Source: Lingula anatina (taxonomy: Eukaryota; Animalia; Brachiopoda). Taken from it: a stretch of DNA of 64,000 nucleotides. The DNA is taken from NCBI GenBank assembly GCA_051362555.1, contig CM120641.1, forward strand, positions 2,418,001 through 2,482,000, read 5' to 3'. The notes beneath the pieces were generated by a model. The model was not told the DNA's origin. It worked only from the letters and a program-made list of their open reading frames with translations, and made no database searches. The position numbers and the translations under genes are program-made. Below are positions 37,035 through 50,128 of the stretch, piece by piece; position 1 is the stretch's first letter, and each line of letters opens with the position of its first letter.

Positions 37035-39284
37035 TATGATCCCATGGTTCAGTATGATGACGGGGTAAATGGAGTGATTGTTTAACAGGTAAGATTGTAA
37101 GCAAGCTACAACACCTGGAAATCAGAACTAAATCATTAAACTAAACCAATCTGAAGCAGTTTCAGGCATGTTATGCAGTATCAGGTCCCTTATTACTAGT
37201 CATTTGTGCAGCCATTTTTAAAAAATTGAACAGATTTTGTCTATTTTAGTGCAATCATAGTTGGATAAACCCATGACCTAGGGCATAAACCATGCCATGT
37301 TTTCTTTGATTCTTTACAATAAATGGTGACATTAATTATATGTTGGTCCTAGTGGTAACAGACAAACTTCAGTAGCTTGTTTTTTGTATTTGGACTAAGT
37401 TTTTAACATTGTTAAGCTCTCTAATTTGCATAAGATTTGAGGTGGGATGTTGTAGTTGTCTGGCCAGACATGAAAAAATGAAGTTAGACAAGTTGAGAGC
37501 AACTTCTTATGTTTTTTTTTTTTTTTTTTTTTTTTTCCGCAGTTTGTTTTATACTCCAAAGGTATTCATTAATATATGTTACCATTTTATCATTAATTCC
37601 AGCTGGTTTGTAAGGAAATAGCAAAATGCAAGGTGATCCATGCCTCTCTCAGGACTGCAAAATGAGTGTTTTCAGTGCTTTTTATGATGCTATCAATTTT
37701 AGGAAGTTAATTTTCACTTACGTGATGTTCTCAGTGAAAATGAGAATATTAATGTCATGTTAAGAAGTAGAAAGAGGGTTGGTAGACTTAATGGCCTGCA
37801 GACACGCTAAGACCAATCTTAAGAATAAATAAGTTGAGATGAGAAGCAGTTTATGATGTGACTTGCGAACATTAACCAATTCTTCATATGATTACCTGTA
37901 GTTTTTTTAATAGAACAGAACTTAATACTTGGTAGATTTCTCCCTTTTTTCCTTTCTGAAAAAGATAACATCTGGTGTGTAAGAAGCCACTGTGAATATT
38001 TGATCATATGTGTCTCTTCGAACCTACCACAGCTGCTCTCGGAAAAGTCCAAGCATTCAGCGGAACATCTGTGTACAGAAATATTTATGACGGGATGAAG
38101 AAACATCCACGATATGACAGCGCTGTGTGACTTGCTCGACTGGTTGAGGTGCGGGAGGAACTGTCCATGGGGAAAAGGATCGTATATCTCCTCTATTTAA
38201 TGTATTGATTAGGCAAGCAGAGGTCTAGGTACTGGCTTAGTGAGAGGTGTGTTTTAGGTACTGTATGACCACTTGCTTTGAGCTGTCCTGTGACAGCCTG
38301 TCAGACCATAGAAGTTCTTCATGCAAACCTCACCTGGTAATCTTGATACATTGTATCTGTCACTGGAAGAAGTAACTGCAGGTATTGATTGGTATGATAG
38401 TCTGGCTGATGTTCAGGTAATCAGAGATCGGAGATCACTTAATGAAGACGGTGACTTTTTATGAAGCCATAGGATATCTTGCAAACTTAACTGCAATCAA
38501 GATCTGTCCCCTGGGAGTGATAGTTCCACTATAGGTATTGATCAGTTTGCCTGTTGATCAGAAATGAAGGTTCTGTCAATTATGAACTGTGTGGAACTCT
38601 TCCATTAGCCTGGACAAGATCAAGTTGGAACACTTACACTCACTGATAACTGTGGAAGATATCTCCACATGTTCAACCATTAAGACAAACAGACATCAAG
38701 TGAGAATGAAACGGGAGACGAAAGGCATCATACTGCTACATTTTAATGTAAGGGTTTTAATTAATTGATGCCACACAACGATTATTACCCTGAATGGTTA
38801 TTCATCAGTTGCCATTTTTACCCCGAGAGTTTGCCATTTTTCATCTGATAATCTGTAGCAGCATTGTATGCCACCTGCTATGAGATGGAAAAAATATACA
38901 ATAAAAGGAATCGAGTATTGATTGTAAAGACTATAGAGCAGAGTTAGGTTACATGACGGCTATCCAGACTTGGAAATGATTTCTTGGAGCTAGGGTTAAC
39001 GTACAGCAAATGTGAACTGCCAGGAGACAAAAACTATGTGGAGAAACCAAAGAAGATTGACACAGCCAAGAAACTAAGAAAAAACTGGTGTCCATGGTAA
39101 CTGTGAGATATAATATATTTGTGCTTAGAGTCGAATTGTTGTTTGAGAAAAACCAAGGAAAAATACTAACAGTGAAGAAGCTTCTTAAGCATTTGGGAAA
39201 ACTTCAAGAGAAATTTTAGGAAAAGAGAGAGCAGGAACAAGTCTAAGGAGGCTACAAACTGAAGAACAAATTGTACCAAGAAAA

Positions 39285-39348
39285 ATGATGCCCACTTATC
39301 CAGGGCCATGTTCTGTAATTTATGTATCTACCTACATTTGGAGGCCAA
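39285..39348 (+). CDS. SVIL: Putative alternative first coding exon (MMPTYPGPCSVIYVSTYIWRP-N)
   Basis: aaaATG after a long purine-rich UTR-like stretch, 21 open codons, donor CAA|GTAAGC in phase 1 matching acceptor 43508. Confidence 0.5.
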
Positions 39349-42291
39349 GTAAGCAAAGTTTTATCTCTCTGTGAACACCCAAGTAAGCTTTCAAATTAGA
39401 TTTCCTCTCTGTTTCCTGCTACTACAAAAGCAGGGTTGGCAATTTAAGTGGTCACCCTTATCAATTTTATAGATAAATTGTTAATGAAAAAGTTACAAGC
39501 TAAAATTTTTACTTTCTAAAACAAACCGATAAGGTTTTAACTTATGGTAAAGCAATTTTTCATAACCCTCTGTCAGGCTCGCCGTGGTATAACGTGTCTG
39601 TTAACTTAGTTGAATCCACAACTTGCATCCTTTCAAATCCAGTGGTGCATGTTTTATCAAGTTGCAGGAGTTCACCTTAAATGTGGTTATTGAGTGATGC
39701 TGAGTAAAGTGTTAGGATAACAATACTGCTGTCTTACCACTTTAGGAATGGTTTTATATAAATGTGTGGAAGTATGTGTGTGTGTGTGTGGCTACAATAA
39801 ATCTTCTCTATGTACTTAGGTTTAGATTAAAAATTGTATCATAATTTATTTAAATGTGCATTTTTGTATGGCTTATTATTGTACATTTTAAGTTATGATA
39901 AGATATGGGTAGTGTTGCCCCACTCCAGGTCATTTGGCAATGAATCATGATATTTCTATGGATTATCACACACATGCATGCACGTGCGCCCACACATACA
40001 CACGGGCGCACACACACATTGTCCAAGCATATTTAATTCTGTGATGTTTTACACACATTCTCTGATATCTGCTAGTATTTTCTAATTCTTTAACAGAGTG
40101 GAAAGAGTGGTTATGTAGATTAAGGTGGAGTAAGCTTGTATAATGCTGTCACCAGATGAAACATAAGGTTTAATGATATTGGACTTGCCACAGCTGGGAG
40201 AATTATGAAAGCTTCTCTCTTGTATAATATCTGTCCGTCTCGATTGCTTTAAAAAAATAGCATTTCCCAATGCATCTAACCAAGATTTTCATTTTACCTG
40301 TAAGGAGTGAAAAATTGTACAACCATGAGCAAGGTCTTTTAAGGGAGGGACATTTATGAGCAGATTGAGTATTTTAATGATACAGTAGAACACAGTTTTA
40401 TTTATTCATTTCATTCAGAAATTCCGCCTTCAGCTTCCTTTTTCCAGTTTGGATCAGATATTCCCTCTACCATCAAAAACGTTTTTTGTTGTTGAAATGC
40501 ATTTATAACAGAATTTCTGTAAATTATATGGTAGAATTAGGCTGACAGAGAAGATGATATATTCAGATATGTATACAGGGCATAAGTGACACATTAAATA
40601 TGACCCTGTTCATTAATTTTGTATTTATATAAACAAAGACTGGTTTAAAAGATAATAAACTTTTAATTTTTTAAAATAAAGTTGTGTCCTGAGTAGATCC
40701 TAATTTTTCTGGGATGTACCAATTGTCCCATATTGAACAAGTCATTTTCTTGTCCCATGAGAATTTAAAAAAGATTTCTCTTTGTTTGACTCTAATCAAG
40801 CCCCTTCAGTAATTTTTTGTCTTTTGAGAAATCAGAGATGATGATGAATATTGCATAAGTGAGTGGTGATTTATTCAAGTGAAGGGGATTATTCAGTGTG
40901 TAAATTTATTCAGCACTGCAGGTAGATTTGGAGTCCAAAGCAGTGCACCCTGAGGCTCAGAATCTTTCATTAATTTCCAAACCAGGAAACGGGGAGGTGT
41001 CTTTTTTACCCTCTTACAAGCACCAACCTGAGAAATGGCATAGAATCTATGTAAAATTTTGATTCAGATTGGACCTTACTGTTCCTGCCTATATGTCCAT
41101 GCTAAAGCAGATCACCCTGAATGTCACAATCTTTTATCAGTCTTATGGTTATTGTCACCAGAAGCAGTAGGCTGTGTAACTCAGGGTTGCAGTATAGAAC
41201 TGTGTCATATCGTATCACAGTGAGTAATGAGGCGTGATGAGTTGACTGTGTTCAGGTGGCATAAGGAATAAGCAGGTGTGTCTTTGCAGGGTTTGTTTCA
41301 GTTCACTAGTTTGAACATGGTAGTGAAAGAAGCAGGTGATTTTAAGGACATGATTCTGTGATTTGTTCCTAGAAATGTGTCATGGCATGGAATAGAGGCA
41401 GAAAGCAAAGCTGGACACAATCCTGTGAAGTTGTGTGTTATTAGGTCATGATTCCAAGAGGTTTTCTCATTTCTCATCTTTTTTAAACAACTTGGATTAC
41501 TCTGCATGTGGAGACATTTGAAATGAATTCTGAGAGGATAAGCTGCGGAAAGATTGATTCCAAAATATACTCTCATAAATCTCAAACAGTGGAAGATTTA
41601 TTGTCAATTATTTAACAATAGGATGTCTGCATTAGATGATCCTATGGCACAAACGAAATGCACTTCTTGGAGAAATAATGTTCATCAGAGATCATTGTCT
41701 TGAAACCCTTAATATACAAACCTGTGTTGAGATAGTTATCAGCAGACAAAGTGTTCATGTGACTAATACTGGAAGTCTGTCCTGGAAAAAACCAATATAC
41801 ACCTTATACTGCTTCACAGAAAAAGCTATGACCAACAGACAATAGAATGATCTCAATAGGTAGGTAACAAACCTGATGGATGGATCAGAATTATTGAAGG
41901 TGGGTTTCATCTGAAAGAGGTGGATGAAGATAGATAAGATGGATTCTTATTTCCAGGTGCCTGATTTAATTCTGTTTTATCTTTGTAAAAGTATAGACCC
42001 CAGACTCAAAGAAAAAGGACAAGGGTATCAATGTTATGTGGTGCATTTGGAATTGCCATCTTGATTCTATAACAAAGTCAAATTAATGTGATCAGTTTAA
42101 TTGATCCCACCGAACCTCCCTCTTGCACCTTTAAGTTTTAAAACCATTTAGAGGTATACTGTCTGGGATTTTTTTTTCTGCCAAATAACATTTTCTTAAA
42201 AAAAACAACAATTTTTCTCCTACTCGTGAATCATTGCTTAACCCATCCATGCACTTGGACTCGATGTTTTATATAATCACTTATGAAATAA

Positions 42292-42293
<2 letters not shown>

Positions 42294-42355
<62 letters not shown>
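42294..42355. repeat. (TTA)n microsatellite
   Basis: Directly visible. Confidence 0.95.
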
Positions 42356-42358
<3 letters not shown>

Positions 42359-43507
42359 TAGCAAATAAATATACAATCTTACAGCTTTTGGCCTATGAAT
42401 CACACACACACATACACTTACATACTTGGACTCTCTTTCTCTCTCTCAGTAAAAAAAGGTTGAACAGTAACAGTATTGTATAAAAGGGTACAAGCAGAGA
42501 TTGGCAATTCATGTTGTTAACCTCTTATGAAATAATTTAGTTATAGTAGTCTAGTCTCAGAAAGAAATACTGACATCAGGCACTTTTGTTATAGAGGTTT
42601 ATCATTGTTAAGGTCTGGATTGGGAAAGTTAAGTAGCTGTAAATATGCAAGATCTGTAGAAAAAATATGACTTTGAAGCATTAAAAAAAACTGTCTTAGG
42701 ATCAAGTAAGTGACTGTTTGCCCCTGAATCCTCTTATTTTTGTGAAATAATTGAAAAAACTGCTAACGGAAACCACGACAGTTGAATTGGTCTCCTTGGA
42801 AGAATTTCATTAGAGAAATTGTATTACGTCTGTCAGTTGACAAATGGTGCATCTCGTGGGATCTGAATTATTTCTGCATCAGCTGGATTGTCTGGAACAG
42901 ACAGACTCAGACACACTTTGGTTGCTAGCCTACTATTTTAATTACCAGGTACAGCTCGAATGTGTCCCTGAATAGTGGCAGTCAAGAATTGATAAGACTG
43001 CTGGGGTAGGCCTAGCCTGCTAGGGTAGTCGTAGCCTGCTATGGTCGCTGTAGCCTGCTAGGGTTGCCAATCTGTATTCACTACACACACATGATATATT
43101 GCAGGGTGTATGAGTGCTAGCTCTGTTGTTCTTGTGATTTGACATGTGTATAATCCATGAGCATAGGTTTCTTTAACAATTGAATTACTTTCCCTGCCAT
43201 CTCTGGTTTATTAACAATAGGCCAGTATCTGTACCACGGCAATGCCAAAAAATCACTCGCTTTTGCCAAAGATTGTAGATGTAATTCTGCGTGAATACTA
43301 CAGAAGCACAGTGGTACAGTAACCCTTATGACCCAGGCTAGGCTAGCAGACTGGGCTTGACAGTACACCTTTTGTTTGTATGGATTTTAATAATAGACTT
43401 CAGAGAGTGAGCTGCAGTTTTCCAATCAGGAAAGGACTGTCAAATTCTCCATTTTATATCTGCCACACACAGACATCTGATATGTAAGTTATCCTTTCTG
43501 TTTGTAG

Positions 43508-43662
43508 ATTTGAGTAGAAAAGGCAGTGATGACAATGAGGCCAAACCACGGAGAAGGGTAACGAGTCAGCAGGCGAGAGGCAGCAGAAATAAGACGCAGC
43601 CAGTGACCACAGAGGAGCTGCAGCAGGCTGAGAGTATCAAGGAAGAGAATAAGGCTGAATTG
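43508..43662 (+). CDS. SVIL: SVIL exon, 155 nt, phase 1-0; likely first common exon (LSRKGSDD...RNKTQPVTTEELQQAE...)
   Basis: cctttctgtttgtag| acceptor, TTG|GTAAGG donor, supervillin TQPVT motif. Confidence 0.9.
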
Positions 43663-43682
43663 GTAAGGGGAGTCTCATTAAG

Positions 43683-43684
<2 letters not shown>

Positions 43685-43767
<83 letters not shown>
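43685..43767. repeat. (AT)n microsatellite
   Basis: Directly visible, 22 nt after the donor site. Confidence 0.97.
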
Positions 43768-43769
<2 letters not shown>

Positions 43770-45725
43770 AAAAATAGTGGAAGTAAATTGGGAAGGGTTA
43801 TTGTCTGTAAGGCCTGAAATTACAAAATGAATATTCATAAATAGTTGATATTGCTAAGGATTTAACAAAGGCTTCCATGGTCTCTCTCGTCATTTCAAAT
43901 TTTGTCAAATTTTTCAGTTTGAAAGGTTAAAAGGGTTTCAGCAAACAAGCAATTCAGAATATTTGAGATATTGTAAAATTCTGGTTAAAACCCTCTACAC
44001 AGTTGTACATGATCTAGTACAGCATATTGATCCTTGCTCCAATGCATGGCCCATGTATTAGCTTAAAGCATTGCATGTCCCTTTGATGCAAACTATGAAG
44101 ATTTAAAATTGTTTGACAGATGATCTGCGGATTATCACCCCTTCTATTCATTTGCTATAATGCTCTGAATGATGCTCCAAACCAAGCCTTTGCTTTGCTG
44201 CAGATTTCATTAATGCGCGTATGGTAGCTAGATCAGTAATGAAATTGACGAGGGAATTGTCATCTTGTCATCCTATTTCATTTGAAGCTTGACCCAGAAG
44301 GAAATCACTTCACAAAGCATGTTTTTAAAAACGCTAATTGATGAGTCAGCTTTGTCCTGTTTTTGATTTTCCGACAGAGATGAACACCTGCTGTGTTTAC
44401 CAGCTGTCACCAAGCACAGGTACATGATGGAAATTGCTCAGTTTTGATGTACAACCAATTCTGGCTATTTGAAGGCATGTCTGGAACACAATAATGCCAT
44501 CCCAAAAGTAAATAATTGGTTAGCTTTGATGATTTATTACTTTATTATGTGAAGTGCTCATCTGTCAAAGAATAAAAGAAATTTTGCAGGCAGCTTTTTA
44601 TCCCCCCCCCTTAAAAAAAATAGAAAGAAAAAAGAATATAATATATTTGTCAACTTATACTGAAACCTTGAGTATTCTAATTTATTCATTAATTTTGTCA
44701 GCTAGGAAATGAGGGTATCATTTCAGTTGACAGTGAAGGGTTTTAAGAAAATGGGAGAAGCTTAGTAATTTCAGAAACAGTTTTCATTAAATGTAAACAA
44801 GAGTGAAATGAACTAAAAAAAAACAACTGTTACAGAGATTTGCTCTAATCAGAAATTTACTTTGTCAGGACAGTACAATTATCGTATAATTAATGATGTC
44901 AAAATCATATGTTTGATTTGCTCAGCTGTTGAGAAAAATTTGTATTATTGATTTCCATGCTAAAAATTCAAAACATTTTCAATGGCAGGTGCTTTATGTA
45001 AATTGAACTTAATCACCAGACTGGGAATAGAGCCACTATTGACACTGTACATAAGACAGTGATGGTGGGCAATCTCTGTGAACTTGCTAGCAGTGACTAC
45101 AGGAATATGGGTTGAATAATTACAATGTTAGCTATTATACCATACATAAGATATCATTTTGATCAACATAGGGGACCCGGCGTATTGATCAATTATGTTG
45201 TAGCACTGGCTGCAAGGTGAACAGAGTGATGGCAGTTAAGTTAGTGCAAAATTGTCACAGTTTGTAGTTGAGCAGTCACACAAGGTTCAAGTTAGACTGG
45301 TTCACAACTAAAATGCATCAGCACAAAGCAACATTGATTCACTTTGATATAGATGTGGGAGGTTCAGTGAGGGATCTGTAAACAAGAGTGAGGGGGGAGG
45401 GGGGGGGAATCAGGGGATTTGAAAGAATTGCCCCTTTGTCCAAAAATGGCCTGTTCTCAATCAAAATTGGATCTAGGCTTCATGCCAATTTTCAAGTTGG
45501 TTCTACTTAAAGGGTAAAAAAGGTTCACTTTTTCAAAAAAAAAGCACCTCGCTCCTTCTGAAGTTGTTCCCTACGGGGTGGTGGTCTCTAACCATCCATA
45601 CTACACCACAGACAGCTCAATGTATTATTGAATTTTAATGTGTGTGACTTGCCTCAGTGCATGATATCAGTGCATGTTGTTACTGCGTCGTTTACCCTTG
45701 TTTTTCTCTCCTCTTGCCTTTGCAG

Positions 45726-45887
45726 CCTATCTATTCAGACGCCCCGCGCTCCTCTAGCTTCCATCATTTTTCCAAGTCAATCGAGGATGTGATGAAAAGG
45801 CTTGAAAGCAAAACCCAAGCAGACGCCAACCATGTTGGCCCTCACAAACCTCCTGCTGAAGTTCAACACATGATTAAAAGTCACAAG
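45726..45887 (+). CDS. SVIL: SVIL exon, 162 nt, phase 0-0 (PIYSDAPRSSSFHHF...MIKSHK); possible cassette
   Basis: Long polypyrimidine acceptor, AAG|GTAATT donor, open frame. Confidence 0.8.
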
Positions 45888-46944
45888 GTAATTTTTAACA
45901 TACCGCAAGAGACTGCAAACCAAAGATTATTAAAATGATTGGAAAATTTTTTTCAGGAATAAGAGAGTTTGTGTACTTGTGGTATGAGTTTTAATGATCA
46001 AGTGCCACAGGTAAATATGTGGTTGTCAGGAAAAATTAGATGTAAAACAATTTTTGAAATATGTCAAATTTTTGTGATTTTTTGAAACTTTTGAAATCAT
46101 GATTAAGGCCATTGCAGTATTTCAACAATCTTAACAGCAACCAGTGGGGACAACATTAGTGTTGCAAGTAATTCAGGTGTTCAAAGTTCTGGCTAATTAT
46201 AAAACTGTAGATAAAAAATTCAACAAGATCATGCATAGGCTTTTAGATTCCTATGACAGCCAGTGATGTGTGCCCCCCGCATGTGCTTCTGGTCGTGTTC
46301 ACAATTGGATCAACTTAGATGCGAAATAGTCATTGTAACAACATTACCAGGTCACCAGTGCATGAAGAACCTTATGTCTTGTCTTTTAATTCAGTGTGAA
46401 GTAATCTGGTTACCTGAGGGTGGTATTAAGTCTATTTCCACATTTAATTTATTTCCAGTTGTGAACATGACATTATCCAGCACGAACTCAAATGTTTCTA
46501 GCATGTTCTACTCAGCTGTCTTCTGTGGTATAATATTATACAGAAAGAAAGTGATACTGATGGTGCCATTGTTCATTCCACAAATAGAATATGTACAGGA
46601 AGAGCATTTCCATGTTTCTGTGAATACTAGGCACTGTGAGAGGGGGCCATGCAGTTTTGCTATGGTTCATATCATTGATTGTTCACAATAGTTTCATGTA
46701 CCATTTAAGGTTGTATATGTTAAAGATAGAAGAAAGCTAGCAATTTGTTTCACAAAACTTAATTGCTCCTCTTTCTAACAATACAGTTATAAGTTGTGAG
46801 ATTTTGAAAGGTAGGTGGGTTGAAAACATATAATTTTTTCCTCATCAATTATTCATGACTTGAACTTCTGGAATTGAATAAAAAAATAAAAAATGTTCCA
46901 ATAGTCATAGTTAGGCCTTTTTAACATGGAGAAGTACATTTTAA

Positions 46945-47115
46945 GAGCGTATTCAGAACAGCAGACTAACAGATCCATGGATCAAATATGGCGACCCACT
47001 AAAAAGCTTGCCACTTAATTCCTGAATAGATTCCTCATGGGGATTACACAAGCATTTGAGTGGGTTGAGTATATTTGATCCACAGATCTGTTAGTCCACT
47101 GTTCTGCATGTGCTC
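46945..47115. mobile_element. Fold-back Harbinger/Tourist-like MITE, 171 bp
   Basis: ~65-bp imperfect inverted arms (GAGC..CAGAACAG..GACTAACAGATC..GGATCAAATAT..ACCCACT), TAA on both flanks. Confidence 0.8.
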
Positions 47116-48290
47116 TAACTGGACCAGTCCAGTTTGAAAGGGCTCGACACATGTTCTCTGCAAGTTTGCTTCTCCTGGTGTGTAGTTAAGTCAATATTTT
47201 GGCCATGTCAAACACACGTGTGTGTTGGGGGTTGTGGGGGGGGGGGGGGGGGAGTTGAGTGACAAGCTGTGAAGTTCCCTATCTCTCAGAGTGGACTGGT
47301 ACAGATAGATGAGTATACCATATGAAAAGAGCCATTTAGTATTTCAATATGCAAGCTCTCACAACAGAGTTCACTTCATCAGAGGCAGTACACACATGTT
47401 GAACCTGAACAGGTCTCCAGGGTTAGAAATTAAGTGGCAGAAATAATTCATTAGTCCAGATATATTGCCTGTTAATAAGGAGCTGGTAACAAATCAATCA
47501 TGGACGCTATGGCAAAATTGCGTAGGAGAAGTAAGATCAAGTTGCTTTATTAAATCTGGGTAGTGGTTTGGAAACCTGTCTGCCATTAGATTGAGTCTGC
47601 ATCAGAACTGGTCACTTGTGATAAGTACCTGCTTGCTGTAAACTTTAGATAAAAAAAATCTTCCACAATTTTAGCTTTAGATTTGTAATGAAATATCCAT
47701 TATAACTGATGAAATTTTGCCTCATAATTCTCCTTGGTAATGGCGATGACATAAAAAATATTTTACTTGATTGATTTGGTAAAGACAGCGCTTCCCTTAA
47801 TACAATTTATCAAATGCCAAAGATGTGATGCAGTACATAAATGTCATAGTCTCTTTTGAAGTATCATAGAAATTATGATCAATCAAGTCTTCTAAGTCAC
47901 CTTTTTTTTTCACCGAGGGGAATCTCAGAAACAGTGGTCTATTGGATTACAAGTTTTGGGTTGCAGTTAATTGATTAGATTTTGAGAAAAAGTGCAATAT
48001 TACAGTAGAACCCGTATAAAAAAATCACAAAACCTTTAATATAACTTAAGGTAGCATGTTCTCTATTTTCATACAATTATATTATATATTTAATGCCTGA
48101 TATGGATAGCTTGTGCATAATTTACTGTTCAGAGTTGGCAACCCTGGGCCTTTAATTACTGGAAAATTTTACTTTATTACCATATGCCTATATAATGCAC
48201 TTTGTGAGCTTGTTTACTGAATTAGTTATGCTTATATATGATTTAGTGGCTCATATAAATACCTGATTATAACATGTATGGATTTTGCAG

Positions 48291-49693
48291 GTTGAGAATA
48301 CCATTGGAAAATTTGCCAGAGATATAGGACGTCCAAGTCCAGAGAGGGATGCGGAGCATGAGCCTTCACCGCCAAAGAAGATCAACACAGGCCAGAAAGA
48401 CATCCATGTCTCAGACTTGGTGAAAAGATTCACAAGCACTGGGACCAGCTCTGATGTGTCCAGTTCTGATTCTGAACCAAATGCCACAAAGGCTCCTCCC
48501 AAAAGACTAGTTTTACCACAGAGGTTTCGACCCCAAGATTTCTCAAGCAGCAGCGACGATCGCAGTTCTGCTGAGAGAGAACTTGAAATCCCCAAACGTC
48601 CAACAAGATCTGCAAGTTTTAGGGAGAGAAAAAAGGAAGCTATGGGTGACCAAGATGGTGAAAATGCTCCATTTCAAAGGTCTGCAAGCTTCAAGACCGG
48701 TCATTTGCGAAGACAATTTGCCACAGAACAGACAGACAAGCCTACTGCGGAATTAGCAAAGATCTTGAAAAACAGGAGTAAAGGCATTGAAAAGCATTCA
48801 GAAGAGGGGAAAAAGAAAGTGCTAGACTATGAGAGGAAGCTTGAAGAAGCCAAAAGAAACAGTAAAGATCTAGAGGAGTCTGAAGGCTCTGGTGCAGAAC
48901 AGGTCAAATCAGTGATGAAGGCCAAAGAATTGCTGGAAAGCAAAATGACTGTTGGTCAGGAACCAGAGCTGCCATCTTGTGTCTTTATTCAACCAAAAGA
49001 AAAGATGGAGCCACCAGTACCTGCACAGAGTAGCAATGTCACAGCTGTTAATGACAATGACACTAAACCTGAAGAACAGATAAGACCCTCTTCCATTTTG
49101 AAACTGAGAAATTCTTTTGAGGAAAAGACAGAGCAGCTTCATCCAATTCTTAAGCACAAGTCGTCTGAAAATCAGGAAACGTCTGCCCCAGCCAGCAATA
49201 CCTCTGAACAGGAGCAACTCCCACATTCCATTCTCAAACATGGCGTGAAAGAGGACAGCAAACCAGATCCCCACTCCATTCTCAAACTTCACAAGGAGGA
49301 AAAGCAACAAATTTCAAAAGTCCAATCAATACTGAAAAGCAAGGATTCTACCGAACAAGATTTGGAAATCCCAGAACCAAAACCAATTCTGAAACGACGG
49401 GAAAGTGATCCAAAGTCTGTTCTGTCCAGCTCAGATGAACAGGGCGACATCAAACATCCTTCCATATTGAAAAACAAAGACCATGGCGGGGAAGAAGAAC
49501 CTGAGGTGAAACCAATTTTAAAATCTTCTCTGTTGAAAAAAGCCTCTTCCTTTGGAGAGGCAGATGCCGAGACTGAGTTTTTATGTGCTCTACGTGTACG
49601 ACGTGAGGAAGAACAAGCAAGTGATACCCAGAAACCAACAGCTCCTGTTGATGTAGCAGCAGACGTTGTCAAGGAAATTGAAAGAGTTAGAAT
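48291..49693 (+). CDS. SVIL: SVIL large exon, 1403 nt, phase 0-2, with eight (S/P)ILK repeats
   Basis: 470-aa track ORF, ttttgcag| acceptor, AAT|GTAAGC donor. Confidence 0.9.
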
Positions 49694-49963
49694 GTAAGCA
49701 GTCATAATGGCTTTTGATTCTCCTCACACATGTCCAGTGGACCTGAACTTAGTTATAAAACATTAATGTTTAGTTATACATTACACAGGCATTTAATTCC
49801 AAAGTTTGCATGATTTCAATGGAGAGTTTGGTATTCACATTAATGTATAAAATGTCTGAAACTTCCTAGAAATGTTTGCCATTTCAGTGGAAGACATGAT
49901 GATTGAAAGTATTGTGTTTTTTAACTTGCTTAATGGCATTTTTATTTTTCCCCTTTTTCTAAG

Positions 49964-50128
49964 GCTTGAGAGAAAGGAAAAACAAGGCTCAGATTCAGAG
50001 GAAGAAGCTCCCAAATCTGTCTTTGAAATCCGTTCTCGACTAGAGTCTAAAATTGAAGAAGCCAATTCTGGAGTTCAATCAAGATCTCGATCAGGAGGGG
50101 TGACGCCAAATAGGCATGGGTCCTTTAG
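49964..50128 (+). CDS. SVIL: SVIL exon, 165 nt, phase 2-2 (LERKEKQGSDSEEE...RHGSF)
   Basis: Polypyrimidine tract with AAG acceptor, TAG|GTAAGA donor, in frame. Confidence 0.85.

Noticed and set aside
38700-39280. Possible LINE endonuclease remnant
   Set aside because: Only vague motif resemblance and many stops; better explained as the UTR of the 39285 first exon.
46263-46691. 142-aa + strand intronic ORF
   Set aside because: No usable splice sites in phase, and its composition is unlike the real exons.
48251-49705. Antisense ORFs over the large exons (also at 20.6-21.2, 28.8-29.8, 53.7-54.4 and 63.0-63.6 kb)
   Set aside because: Shadow ORFs caused by the codon bias of the sense coding exons.
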